From NCBI GenBank assembly GCA_002633005.1, contig NMRA01001020.1:1-64000 (forward strand): 64,000 bases of DNA. The letters are read 5' to 3'. Position 1 is the stretch's first letter. Every line of letters starts with the position of its first letter. A program made the position numbers and the translations under genes. Under the pieces are notes generated by a model, which was not told where the DNA came from, ran no database searches, and was given only the letters and a program-made list of their open reading frames with translations. Positions 1 to 12,739 of the stretch are shown here, in pieces. This DNA comes from Phoronis australis (lineage: Eukaryota; Animalia; Phoronida).

Positions 1-149
1 GTACTGTGAACTGTGCGTCTGCGCCTTTTTAGTGGACTTTTGTCTCGTTTCCACGGACTGTTTGTTTCGCTGAGGCGGACCTTTTTGCCCACTTCGCCAA
101 ATGGGGGCTCGTTCGAGCCCCCTCCCGAGCCCCCCTGGGTGCGCGCATG
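1..149. mobile_element. Right end of a CATGCGCGCACCCAG-family MITE (hAT-like), cut by the window start
   Basis: Ends in CTGGGTGCGCGCATG, the same terminus as the complete copies at 37613-37769 and 38049-38188. Confidence 0.7.
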
Positions 150-159
150 AAATCTCACC

Positions 160-560
160 ACCATGATTTACTGATTTTTGACATGAAACTGGGCATTTTG
201 GTTTAACACTATAAAAACATTTGAAATTATTTTCGTTGCTTTTATGAACTATATTTTATCAATTACAGTTATTACCTTGTTCATTTTCCGGTCATCTCTA
301 TTAATTTCAGATATCGGAGCTTCATTGACATCTTTGAATCCTCCCTTCTTTAAATACAGTAGGAGCTATATGTCTTCTAACTTTCTTCCGTCTGGGTCAT
401 CTACGTTTATTAACTCTGAGAAGAAGCTGATAAGTGTCCCAGATGAATCTTTCATCAGGATTTCCTGAGGCCTCACTTTCCCTTTCCTAAACAGTGCTGC
501 TGTGACGTCACACCCTGTCATTGCATGCAATTTTCAGGCAATGCTGCTGCGAGACCCCTT
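160..560 (-). pseudogene. Academ-type transposase fragment (XPG/H3TH-like region), degenerate
   Basis: Hand translation gives GLAAALP..LHAMTGCDVTAALFRKGKVRP...LLY...DVNEA, matching the HAxTGCDxTxxxxxKGK motif. It contains an internal stop and a frameshift. Confidence 0.7.
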
Positions 561-983
561 GTTACCGAAACGCATCGTTGTTTATATATTTATTTAAATA
601 GCATTGGGACTCCACCGCGTGGATGCGCACCAAATTAGGGGTGATTTGTATTTTATCACGGAAGACATTATGTTGGCCATCGACAAATGACTCCGCGAAA
701 CTAAAACATTGCAAACACTATACACTACACTGAATTTCGACATCATACAAAAAATTCTTCAAAAAGTTACCACTAGGCGAGTAAACTGTCTTGCATCTCG
801 ACAACCGTCTGCTTTTCGCTTGTAGTGATCCTGAGAGTAAACACAGGCTTTAGTGAACGAAAGTTTTTTATAATTAGTTGTTGTTTCCTGTGGTCCCGAT
901 TTTGCAGTTAACTTAATAAATACACCACTTTTGTCACCAAACTTCGATTTTCGTGGTGCAATTTTTAACATCTTGTTGTCCAG

Positions 984-1384
984 GGCCCGGTCTCCAATCT
1001 TTTTACTCGAAATGGCACTCGAAATTAGGTTTGGCATTTTCTACTCTACTTTTGGGCGAAATCAAGATAAGTGTGTATTATTCTATGCTCGAGTACACAA
1101 TAACTTACGTAGATAATTTATTGTCCTTAGTTCACAGTTTGTAAACCCAACATTAAAGCAATAAGTTCGAGTTTGAACTCGAAATTTCGAGTTTTTACTC
1201 GAGTTTGTAGCACGAATATAAGGGTCTTCAAGGGCAAACTTGAACTAGAAACTCCTATGCATAAACTATAATGTATTCGAGCACAGTCTGATAACCTATT
1301 ATCTTAAGTTCGCACAAAAGGAGCAGAGAAATTGTCAAAAATAGTTTCGAGTTCGTTTCGAGTACAAAGATTAGAGACCGGGCC
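984..1384. mobile_element. MITE with long imperfect TIRs and CAG TSD (PIF/Harbinger-related, CWG target)
   Basis: Termini GGCCCGGTCTC...GAGACCGGGCC, flanked by CAG at 981-983 and 1385-1387. Internal inverted arms are rich in CTCGA. Confidence 0.8.
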
Positions 1385-1489
1385 CAGGTGTGTGGATTTC
1401 CCACCCGAGTACTTGAACTAGCAGGGGAAAGCTGCATGGACGATTGTATCTCCATTTTTAAGGTCCTTTCTGAGTTTTTGGCCCACTAT

Positions 1490-2500
1490 TTCCGAGTAAA
1501 ATTTGTCTTTCACGGGTCATTGGGTGTTCAGTGCAGCACAATTGTTGGTTTTAAATCAGTTTAAGCCGATACCTTGAAAATCTAACTGTCTCAAAAATGG
1601 CAAACCCTGGTTGACATTTTTGAGGGTTTCTGCCAGGCACAATCCAGAGTGTATTTTGTTTGCCGGTCATAGGGCATTTAGTGACCTGTGGCATGCATTG
1701 AATCTCATGTAATTGTTTTTTTTGTGGTATCTCGAATGTATGTGCTAGCTCATTTTGGGGGATCTTTTTTCGTTTCTGCCGGTCCCATTCCAGAGTGCAG
1801 TTTGCCTGTCATGGGTCATTCAATGTTCAGTGCGGTACTATTGTCCGTTTTAAATCAGTTTTGGCCGGTACCTCGAAAATCTAGTCTAGATCCAATTTTG
1901 ATGGCATACCGTGGTTGAGATTTTTGGGGGTTTCTGCCGGGCACAATCCAGAGTGTATTTTGTCTGTCATAGGGGTTTTAGTGATCTGTGACATGTATTG
2001 AATCACATGGATTTGGTTTTGTGTGGTACCTCGAATGTATGTGCTAGCTCATTTTTGGTGGGTCCTTTTTTGGTTTCTGCCGGACCCATTCCAGAGTGCA
2101 ATTTGTCTGTCATGGGTCATTTGGTGTTCAGTGCGGTACTATTGTTCGTTTTAAATCAGTTTTGGCCGGTACTTCGAAAATCTAGTGTAGCTCAAATTTT
2201 TGATGGCATACCGTGGTTGAGATTTTTGGGGGTTTCTGCCGGGCACAACCCAGAGTGTATTTTGTCTGTCATAGGGGTTTTAGTGATCTGTGACATGTAT
2301 TGAATCATATGGAATTGGTTTTGTGTGGTACCTCGAATGTACGTGCTAGCTCATTTTTGAGGGGTCCTTTTTGGTTTCTGCCGGACCTATTCCAGAGTGC
2401 AATTTGTCCGTCACGGGTCATTTGGTGTTCAGTGCGGTACTATTGTTCGTTTTAAATCAGTTTTGATTGGTACCTCGAATATCTAGTCTAGCTCATTTTT
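1490..2500. repeat. Tandem satellite, about 300-bp unit, about 3.3 copies
   Basis: GGGTCATT..TGTTCAGTGC recurs at about 1514, 1813, 2114 and 2415 with high unit similarity. Confidence 0.9.
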
Positions 2501-5241
2501 CGGGCTCTTTGTAAGGCCCCCAGGGGTCACACCCAGAGTCCAGACAACGGCAGACGTCCATTTCTGTACATACTGAGGAGGACTTTAAATGCTCCCGTGG
2601 TCAGATGTTGGTACCTCGTTCATTGAGGGCTCAGTCCTTTTTGGAACGAAAAATTATAATGTTTCAACCCGTAGCAGGGGCGGATCCAGGTTTTTCAGTT
2701 AGAGGGGGGCAGGGCATAGGAATAAGCAGCATTTCGGCAGATGCGCGCGCCCAGCCTAAACTCTGGGATGCAGGGGTCTTGAATTCTTGAGTTTGCGGAC
2801 CTGTTGACTAAAAAATGATAAACGGGGTTCATTCAGCGCCTATGCGTTGTTTATTCACCCCCCAAGACCCGCCCTGGTTGCGCACGTGTGCTAGTCAGCA
2901 ATTCGCACCCGAACTCAAAAATGGGATCTGATACAATTTTAGTAGTCATGAAAACACAGCCTGGCTGGCCCATTCTCCGGTCGTTACTATGATGCTTAAC
3001 AAGTGACCGACAAACATGCGACAAAATATGATCTAACTTTTCGAAAACATTTATAAATTTTACACGGACATATTTTGCTTCGTCGCGGCAACGACCCAAC
3101 GCTTTCGAATCTCAACGTCTTTAGAGATTGTGAAGCAGACAGTTGCGTGTCCGTATTTTTTTCTAGCCGTTGGCGGAACAACACGGTCTGAAAAACAGAA
3201 CTATGCTGATAATGTAACAGAGCTATAGTAGCGAGCCTCGTTTTGGAATGAGCCTCCTGTCGGCGTGAATAGGATCTATAGTGTACTATGTGTAGTGTTT
3301 TTAACTCACGCGCCAAAGGTCAACAAACCTGATACATCCCAATAAAAGGCAAAGATACAGTATCAAAGTTTTGACATCAACGTAGGCCTACAAGGCAATG
3401 GGTTCTACGCAACACTGAGAACAGGGGTTGACCAGTAACCAAACAACTGCTGCCCAAAAACATTGTCTACTGAAGTTTCGGACTCTTAACACCGACCACC
3501 GCTGGCAATTAAGGTACAAACTTTTGAAATTCGACCTTCCGCTGTCAAATAAAATGTTCATATCGAACTCTCCCTCAAAAATGTTGGTTGCAGACCTGTG
3601 ATATGGTAACCGGCCGACTCCCGTACTGGGGTCACCGGCCCACCACTGCATTAATGAAAAAGAAAATTTCAATATGCCGTCAATCGTTGTTGTGACAATG
3701 CTATTTTTTGGAGTAAATGAGGCAGTGAATAACAGTTACAGAACACTCAGCATTCCACGTTACTCCTGTCATTGTAGCGAGAGCTGACGATAATAGTTGG
3801 TTGTCTCGATGCAAATAGAGGGAGCGCTGAATCAGCGCGACTTTTCGTGATTTTGCATTTCACATCATAACTGAAGTCGAATACGATTCTCAGATTTGGT
3901 TATGTTTGGAGTCTACTCGAAATGCGACATTAGATACGATTATTTGAGTATGACTCCAGTGAGCACCGGCGATTTTGAGAATGAAATCTCGAGTATGAGT
4001 ATGAACCTGACGGAGGTTGCAGACTGGGCCTCGGAGTCACAGTCGACGGAGGTGGGGTGCGGCAAATTTGACTTAATTCATTTCCAAAACATTTCCATAA
4101 TAAAATACAGTTGCATGTTTCCTGCACTAATTATTCGTTTAAAATTAATTTTTGATAAGAATTCAAATAAAATAACTCTATTAGCCGTTTCTGGGCTAAA
4201 CATTCGTTGCAACAACACCCGGCAAGACTGTACACAATCGCTTGTCTTGGTGATAGAGTCATACATTTCCCACAATGCAACTGCGGCGGCAAAATCAAAT
4301 ATGGCGGATTTGCACATTCGTTATTGAACACACGCCGCTAGACATCTCTACGGTCCGTGAAACAACAATGTCCCCCAGTGGCCATTAATTCCAATTTCGC
4401 TAGCAGATTCGTTTCCCACTGTACATTCTCTGTTGCCAAACGACAGAGAAAACAGCAACGGGGTGACACCAGACAGCCGAGTTGGCGGACCAGTTCACAG
4501 CTTTCTGGTTGTCTGCCGTCCTTTTCACTTCGTTTGTCATGCGAAGTCCTGTAAACGACAACTAATTGATACCAAAGAAGGGCATTTTTGTAGTTTTTTA
4601 ACCCTCGTGGTTTACGCCCATGTGAAGCTGGCGAGTGTAGCCTCTTGGAAAGGTGCTTGGTAATGACATCATTCGTTGTGGCTGTATCACACTGAACGTG
4701 ACCATCACCGCATACAACCCAGCATTAACGAATGGGGTAAAAAATAAAAGGTTTTGAAAAATTTGTCAGACTCTTTCACCGTACTTACTTGATGTTGGCA
4801 TACTGGTCAAGATGAGGCACGCTTGCAAACAGATCGTGTTGCCATATATGAGGCCCAGCAGGAACATATCGTGCTTACGGTAGGTGCTACCCTTCAGAAA
4901 CAAATGAAAATTTCGTTTATATAAAGGAGTGCTTTCCATAGACGGAAAAGTGAAGCTAGGATTAGTACATGCTTCACCATCTAGATATCTCGAGCAGATG
5001 TGCATGACCTAGTCTCAGCTTCTGTTGGAAGAACACTGCTCTATGAAGTGCAGTCAAGTTCAAGGTATTATTTACCTTGGTATGCCAAACCGAATTTCTA
5101 CTATCAAGCTTGGCGATCGTTTTAATTTAGTATTCGTGCAATGGATCTGCAATTATAACGTATTCCATGATGTCATCGTCACAGTGCAGTTTTCTAGAAC
5201 AAAGGAAGCAATGATTTCCGTCGGTGGGAATAGCGAACCTG

Positions 5242-5392
5242 CCTCCCGTTCAGCAACGCTAGGACCTAGCTTAAAAGCAAGACTTTGCGAGATTACGCGA
5301 GATATTGCCGTGTATTTTAAATACGAGCACGTGACCTTGACTAGCTTTTGGCTAGGTCCTAGCGTAGGTCCTAGCGTCTACTGAACGCATGC
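5242..5392. mobile_element. CTAGGACCT-repeat MITE with CTG TSD (copy 1 of 3)
   Basis: TIR-like CGTTCAG..ACGCTAGGACCT at both ends, CTG on both flanks. Homologous copies at 15317-15467 and 63549-63723. Confidence 0.8.
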
Positions 5393-5543
5393 CTGGTGAA
5401 TCAATGGCAACATTGCCTCCCTTTATCACCACTGGTTTTCTTCCTTTCAGTCTGTGTATTCTCAAACCGGCTACCTTGTATCCTTACTCTACAGATACAC
5501 CTTTTTGCCACCAGATTGTAGAGCAAGAACAGTGGTGAAACCG

Positions 5544-6110
5544 CAGACTATAGTACATGGACCGCCAACTATGTATGTTTTCAATGGACGAAATCTTTGA
5601 ATTTGTGATCTTACGCATAAGCCGTTACGTCACTATTCAATAGCGACACCTGGCAAAATTAGCAAGGTTTACTTCCGGCAAGTACGTCGTCTGCTAATTA
5701 TGGTCATTTCGTGTGGATTTGGATATCGATTTTGCATCCGTGTTTTAATGAATTGAACGCTCGTAATGTGTTAACTTTTTAAATGAAGTTCATGTGAATA
5801 TTCTAGAAATAACAATCAGGCATACTAAAAAACCAACCTCGCACTTCAACAGCAGTTGACGTTTCATTTTCAGCTCGAATGCACGCCGGAGTCGCTCAAA
5901 ATTTCTAGACTCTAGGTTTGGAAGACCTTGAGCAACATTTCAATACCGAAATTCTTTTTTTTTCGCTGTACTAGACAGTAAAATAGACGCTAAAATTTCC
6001 CGTTACAATACACTAAACGGAAACTGAAATTGGTAATTTAGGAAGAGAGTGGCGCCCCCCCTAGGACAGTACGCGAGAAAATGTCGGAGCTGCGAATCTG
6101 CTATCTATAG
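5544..6110 (+). mobile_element. Short internally deleted derivative of the P-like CATAGAC family
   Basis: The left part (AGACTATAGTACATGGACCGCCAACT...) matches about 36494-36645 and the right part (about 5920-6110) matches about 39295-39490. Confidence 0.7.
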
Positions 6111-9100
6111 CGTAACACATTCTAGTTATTGTACTTACTTAGCAATTAACATAACTAAAGTGATCTTGCAAAATATAGCTAATCTAATTCACTGTGAGGT
6201 GCTTTATTCAAACCGAACATCTACATTGTAGTCGTTTTTCTGATCGAGACATGTACAGATGTAGTGCATGCGAGCCCGCCATTTGACGAAATGGGCAAAA
6301 AGATCCACCTCAGAGAAACAAAAACTCCTAAAAAAGTAGAAAACGAGAGACAAAAGTGCAATAAAAAGGCAGGAAGTACCAGAATGCACAATTCAGAGCT
6401 TTGAACTTAACCCGTGAATCTTAGTAAAAGGTCCACATTCTCAAAAATTCGATCCCCCAATTTTTATGCTGGGTGCGCAAAGGTAGTGAAATAGATATTT
6501 TAAGTTTGGATCTATTTTGACATGGCAACAAATGGCTCACTCAGTGAATTTGGCGACAGTGTCAGTTTCTCTTTTGTTAAGTGGTGGGTATATGCGTGCC
6601 CAGATTTCAGTAAAACTCTTGTCATTTTGCAGGATGGGTAACGAGTATGTGCGACACTCACAAACGTTTTCCCTGAGTCTTTAAAAGAGACAAAGTTATC
6701 TACTTCTTGACAAATAGGGAACTGACAGAACACGACACAAGTCCTTTACGATGAGGAGCCCCGGTAAAAATGTCCTTTCAAGTGCACATGAGAAGCAAGA
6801 GAGAAACCTTATGACCCGTTGCAAAACTTCAGTTAACCCCACGCGAACTTAAAATCCTTGCACTTTATCTCAAAAAGCAATCTAGTTCAAAAACTTAAAA
6901 ATGTATATTTAACATGGCATAATGTTGAGATCCTTTCTGCTATCAAACTAAATACCTTTTTGAGCACAATTTTGTACCGCGACCGAGATCAGAAAATCAT
7001 TGACTATTCCAGTCATTTCCGTGATCTGAATCCCTGTGCTTCAGTTCAGGAACGATTCCTGAATGACGGTCATGTTGTCCATAAAACGTAGCACAGTGGT
7101 GCAACAAAAATGCGAAAATTTGATGGTTTCCGAACCATAAACTAGCCAAAAATTCCGAGGAGACAGTTTTCTGTGAAGAAGTTAGATATCTTAAAACCAG
7201 TTCAGGCATTGACCATTCCACCTAAGAGTAAAACTAAGCTATATTTAAAAAAAATCCGTAACAGGTCACGTTACCGCATCTGCCTGACTTTTTCATGCAG
7301 TGACTCTTAAAAGCAAAAGAACTAAATCCATGTTTATGAGTATGAAAGCTGGGTTGTAAGTTTCGGTAGAACGTTGATTGATCTTCTGAAAAAGCATACT
7401 CACTTCGCTGTTGATGCGCTGCAAAGACGTCGTTGAAGTTGTGGTTGTTTCGATCGATAGTCTTGCTATCTCTTTGTGCCACCTATGAATAGAATGATTG
7501 AAACAACAATCAAATCCTGTGCAATTCAAAATCAGCTTCAGTTGTTCCAGGTATGGTAACCTTAACACCAGGTTAAGAACGTGTTGAATTTTGTCTTCCC
7601 AGTTCGCTATTTTTAATGATTTGAGCCCAGACTTCCAATGCGTCCAAAAAACCCTAAGTTTTTACATTCCCGAAAACGGCAATAAGTCTCCTTTCTCTTC
7701 ATTACTTCACGTGCTTCATCGTTTACTGAAAGAATGACGTTAAGGGAGCCGTGTGAGCGAAAGTTTATGCAATTTTTTTGTCAGCGAAACCGCTCGAATT
7801 TGGGCTAAATGCTGTTCGTTCAATGCCGGCTTGACTATAACAACGAGAACATCGTGGAATTTAACCAAGACAATTACAAACAGGACGAGAAGCTCCAAGT
7901 GAGTAAAGATTTCTTCCTGTGACAGGAATTCGAGCTTCTCCAGATATTCCTTGGTGTTATTTCTATTAGAATTTCCTAAATATCGAAGACTCACAATCGC
8001 AAATGACAAAGGGCGGCTCTGGAACCAGAAGAAACAAGTGCCGGATATTCTAGATCACTGGCATTAAAATAAGTGGAGGCACATCCTTATCTTCTAAACA
8101 GTACCACCGTCTCAATTGGCTCAAACAGAGACGATGACCATCCCTAGTAGGCCCTGCGTTAATTTGTGTCTCACAGTAATTAAGCCGTCAAAGACATTTT
8201 GCTACAAGCACCTTTTGCTCCCGTCATGGAGGTACAGCTAAGAAGGCCGCTGATATCTTGATCTCTTCCCAGCTCGAACAAATTAATACTCCTGCAATCA
8301 ATTTTTTTGAAAGACTTCTTTGAATTGTCAAAATCTGCAGCACAACATTTTTACACTGCTCGCCAAGGTATATGACATCATGTCATGAGTAGCTTTTTGT
8401 TTTGACTGCATCGCCATGCATCGCATCGCATAGGGGTGACCTCGGGGAGAGCCAGTCGATAACCTGCTACGCTGTACCAGTGACGATTGCAAGTTCTGGG
8501 AACGTGGCTGCCAGGGTCACTAGTCTCGTAATTGGATAAAATTGTACATATCAAGTATTTTGTAGATGAATGAACTGACGAGTGGGAAGAAATCTTAATT
8601 AACCAAGATTGTGTTTGAGTTGCAATGCTCTTCATTTCGACGTACTCCATAGGTGTCCCTTGAGAAGTAATTATGGCATCTTAACTAGTATGACTGTTTG
8701 GTCAGTTTGAGGCAAAAATGCCTGTCGGATTACATCCGTTTCTCAGTTGAAAGCTTTGCGGCCGTAATTCTGCCTAATATTGAAATTGCTTCTGGACTAT
8801 CCCGACATCTCGAAACATAATCCGTCGTTTGAGCGAACGTTTTTTCATAGCATTACGACTGTCAAAGCAATGGAAAATCCTGAATATATTACTAATTTCA
8901 AACTCTGTTCATTGATTAACACTTAAGGTTTTGCATGTTGAAGAATTAGAGGAACAAACGAACAAGCTTACATCGTGTTTTCTGAACCTGGGGCCAGATC
9001 TTCGAGTGTTCTGCGTACTTCCTTCCTTACGGAGTTGGTATTTTGATTCGTTTCCATTTTCACTTACGAAGTTATTCCCGAAACAGAAAGATGAACAATG

Positions 9101-9346
9101 CTTAAGAGTGTGTGTCGTAGCGTGGACCTGTAAAATAAATGGATACTTCTCACCGGTCGCTTTCGGGTGGAAGTCCCTATCTAATGGCAACCAAAGACGG
9201 ACCCCCTTTGTTAATTTCATAACTTCATACATCATATATTTCTACTTTGACAACAATATAAGTAACGAATATATACTTTTTTTATAAAAGCACGTCATCG
9301 TCTATATTTTCAGCGGACGAAGAGGGTGGCAATAGCTGTTTGTACA

Positions 9347-10425
9347 CGCAGGCGTTCGAATTTCCCGATGACTCATAAAACATAAAGGTTGGACAATAAA
9401 ACTTTGCCGAGCCGAGGCTCCCAACTTCAACAGTCCCGAATCCTAATAAAATCTCCGTGCATCTTTCTCACACTGGTACTGCATAAACGTTCAATGCCTT
9501 ATCTTTCCTTGATTCCATTACACTATCCCTGTGAGTTGTGAATTAAGGACGAAATTTTCCAAAACAAACTCAAAACTCTGAATTCAAGGACCTAAAATAG
9601 TTAGCATGGCAGATTTCAGTTGTGCTTTAACTTCTGAGCCAATCAAAGATAAAATTTCGAGTTTGAGAAAGCAACCCCTGTGTCAAAGTCAAGAAATTTA
9701 TCCCTAATTTCAATGACTGCAGCTGGTTATTGAAATTAACCTTCCGCTTACGTGCAATTTGTTTATTCTTATAGCTAATTTTAACCCTTAACCTACAATT
9801 TAATCGCCAGAACCGGCGAATATCGTGTTTGATCTTGACATAGTGAGCTACTCTTTGTTGAAGCACAACGGACGACTCGGTTTTTGGCGGATATTAACCG
9901 ATGTCTGACTACATGCATGTTTAGTCGCGGTAAATCATCGTCGGTAAATGCCGGATTTCGCAGTAAGCCAGAGATAGAAGCCAGCAACCGGGGTATCACG
10001 ATTATAAACAATGTTGTTTAGCATAACCAGAGTTTAATTACATTCAAACTGATACATGTACCAATTTATGTGGAGGTTGCTCAAATAACATTCGTGGGTG
10101 CTCGAAAACAGAGCTCCGGAAGCGTCCGCCTCGGATGCTCGAAGGTCGTCTGCCATGAATGTCTTACGTCACAAAATAAGGCCGTTGAATTTATGATTTT
10201 GGCGTTCTTTAACATTTTTTGTCGTCAAGTCACCACTCCAAGGCAATTTGAAGTCATCAAATGAAAGCAAGTATTCAAAGATTTGTTCGATACTAGATTC
10301 GTAGAGTTCTATGCACATTTGAGTAGAAAATTCTGAGCAAACAGATTTCGAGTGTCCAACCTTTATGTTTTCTTATTGAGTGACGTCAGAGGTGATCGGG
10401 GAACAAATAAACTCAAGCACTTGTA
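9347..10425. mobile_element. Non-autonomous DNA transposon with 8-bp TSD (CACAGG-type termini, P/hAT-like)
   Basis: Flanked by TTTGTACA (9339-9346) and TCTGTACA (10426-10433). The paralog has a single TCTGTACA at about 17826. Termini resemble 44702-44814 and 62740-62823. Confidence 0.8.
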
Positions 10426-11987
10426 TCTGTACAGTGAATCATATCATAACTTTACCGTGTCAGCCAGCGGAAAACGTAAGTCCCTTCATAGCCTATCATG
10501 GTCTGCACTTTAAAATCTTAAAAGCGTGCATCGCCATGCACCCGCGCCTCGTGAGTATTATATTTACGTCACTCAAGCAAGAATAAGACAAAAGCATTTG
10601 ATGTGGCAGCCAATACTCAGCTCTTAAACAGAGCTGAAGGCCTACCGGGCCACTTGGTGAGGTGAAATTGATACAAGCCAAAAAATTGGAAGGGGCATTC
10701 TTGTTCGGTGTCCTAGAATTAACCACCTTTGATACGTTGAGAAAACCGCAAACGGTCTTAAGGGTTATATTTCGCCTCTTTTTACCTTCCTCTAACAACA
10801 ATGATTACCAAATCGTATGCCGTTTTCTATCTTTAGTTTTTTACCTTATGATGTCACGTACTGGGCAGAATGCCAGCCAATGAGCACAGTGAATCTTTTA
10901 GTTCAGGAGTTCACCGGTGGGTTAAAACTACAAATGACAAGTGGACAATAAAAAGTCGAATCTTTGAGTGAATAAGTTCTTTCGAAGGGCTTGATTTCCA
11001 CTTCTATTCGATGTACTATTTTTTAAGGTAAATGTGTTCGTGCGATACCAATATCGTCGTGTTTGACTTGCAATTTGAGTGTGATGTGCATTGCACTTGA
11101 TTCTAGACTTTCACTGTCTGAGAACTTTCAACCCTGTTTAAGGGTTGGTTTACCGACAAACTTCAACCGTGTTTAAAGTCCTCGTAGCAATTTTTTTTAA
11201 CCTGTATTCAAGCGGTAAGTAGTAATCGAACAAAGTTTAATAAACGCGCCACTCATGAATCCGACCCGAAAACAGACCGCCATTTTGAACTAAACGCGAA
11301 ACCGGAACTATAACAGAGGCATGGTCAACACATGCTCTGCCACAAGGGTAGCCATTTTGGAGTCCATGTTCTTCCACCTACTCATGGTCACTACTATATA
11401 ATTTGTACATTTATACCACAACATTAGCGTCAAATGGCAAATACAACCGTGTAATAACCCATAAAGTTATCTCACTAGTGAGATATCGATTTGGCGGGAA
11501 ACCTAGGAAGGGGTCGAACCCGGGACCCTAATATTGCTAGTCGCCGACTTTACAACTACACCACGCAGCGACTGACGTCATCAAGATTGAAAATAGAATA
11601 CTTAAATGAGCACGCGCAATAATCGCACGTTCAACAAACCACATTGTACTGTACTTATACGCAACGAAAAATAAGACACATAATTTCCATAAAAATGATA
11701 TCTTAATTCGGTGAAATTTTTCTCTCATGTCCTCTTACTTATAAATCACCGATCTCTAGTTTGAATGCGGGTATCGTCTCGTCAGGATCTTTGACTTGAG
11801 AATTATATTCAGTTACCAGTGGTAACCTACTTTAGCAGACGATAATTTCCCGGTCGAAGCTTAGCGTGTAAAAAACGTGTTTTAAGCTATAATAGTTGCT
11901 TAACCTTAATTTAGAGATTCACTTCATTTCTATTTTTTTNAGGTAGATCGATTCATTGCAATGTTTCTCGTTTAGTATGTGGTATAA

Positions 11988-12151
11988 ATAGATTATTACA
12001 TGTTCTCAGTCGTTATCCCCCTTATCTAGAGCCCTCGTGGATTTTGTAGAATTATAACCCTCGGGGCTAACGCCCCTCGGGCGATAATTCTCCAAAATCC
12101 ACTCGGGCTCTAGATAACGGGGGATAACGTCTTCGCCATGTAATAATCTAT
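11988..12151. mobile_element. About 164-bp palindromic (foldback) element
   Basis: ATAGATTATTACATG...CATGTAATAATCTAT arms pair almost to the centre around GGGGCTAACGCCCC. Absent from the paralogous block. Confidence 0.8.
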
Positions 12152-12739
12152 ATGTATACGTTGGATAAGAAGCTGACACCCAAAGAACTCAGCGAGACGC
12201 GCAAATCTTTCTCTGAAAACTTTGGACTAAAGTCATAACAAATTTAGCCCATAAACCAGGAATCATACCGTAATTACGTCAATAGTGGTATCATTTTTAA
12301 ATACTTCATAATATATTTGATCAATTCCCACTGCTTTTTTATATTTCAATTTCATCACTACTCGCTTAACTTCACCGTGAGTAATGTTTTTATTCAAAAT
12401 ACTACTTTCATCTTTATTTAATTATTCGGGATTTTCTGATGAAACTGTTCTTTTGTTGACTGATTGTTTATGCACTTCTGTTGTTTTTGTTTCTTTCTTT
12501 GTTCATTTCCCATACCAGTGTTTTACGAGCGTAATCGTTGTATCCAATGGAAGATTCGGTCGAAGGACATGTGAGCTCCGCAAAAGCTGTACGTACGTAA
12601 ATTTCCGCGCGCCAACCAACAAGCGGAACACGACGGACGCAACCCGACGACTGTAAATATTCCATGCGTTAGCATATCATCCAACAACTTTCAACGCCCA
12701 TGCTCCTTGCTCTTAAATGGATGTTTTTTCCACGCATTT

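Larger units (their letters stand above)
7907..12385. repeat. Segmental duplication copy A (paralog about 14218-19335)
   Basis: Collinear blocks: 7907-8530 vs 14218-14852; 8530-9346 vs 16998-17830; 10426-10912 vs 17826-18288; 12158-12385 vs 18492-19335. Confidence 0.9.
8540..12725 (-). pseudogene. Ancient, fragmented LINE ORF2 remnant (CR1/L2-like group), interrupted by insertions
   Basis: The paralog reads LNKNITHDEVKRVVMKLKYSKAVGIDQ..YEVFK (endonuclease-RT linker, ORF 19128-19367). Degenerate C-terminal motifs lie near 8600-8750. Another copy of 12421-12725 is at about 30547-30828. Confidence 0.55.

Noticed and set aside
1688-2303. Two similar hydrophobic ORFs as duplicated membrane proteins
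   Set aside because: They are translations of the 300-bp satellite units, with inconsistent frames.
3400-4060. Head-to-head THAP-like (VCNQHF, -) and YEYEP (+) remnants of another Kolobok
   Set aside because: The motifs are too short and decayed, and no termini were found.
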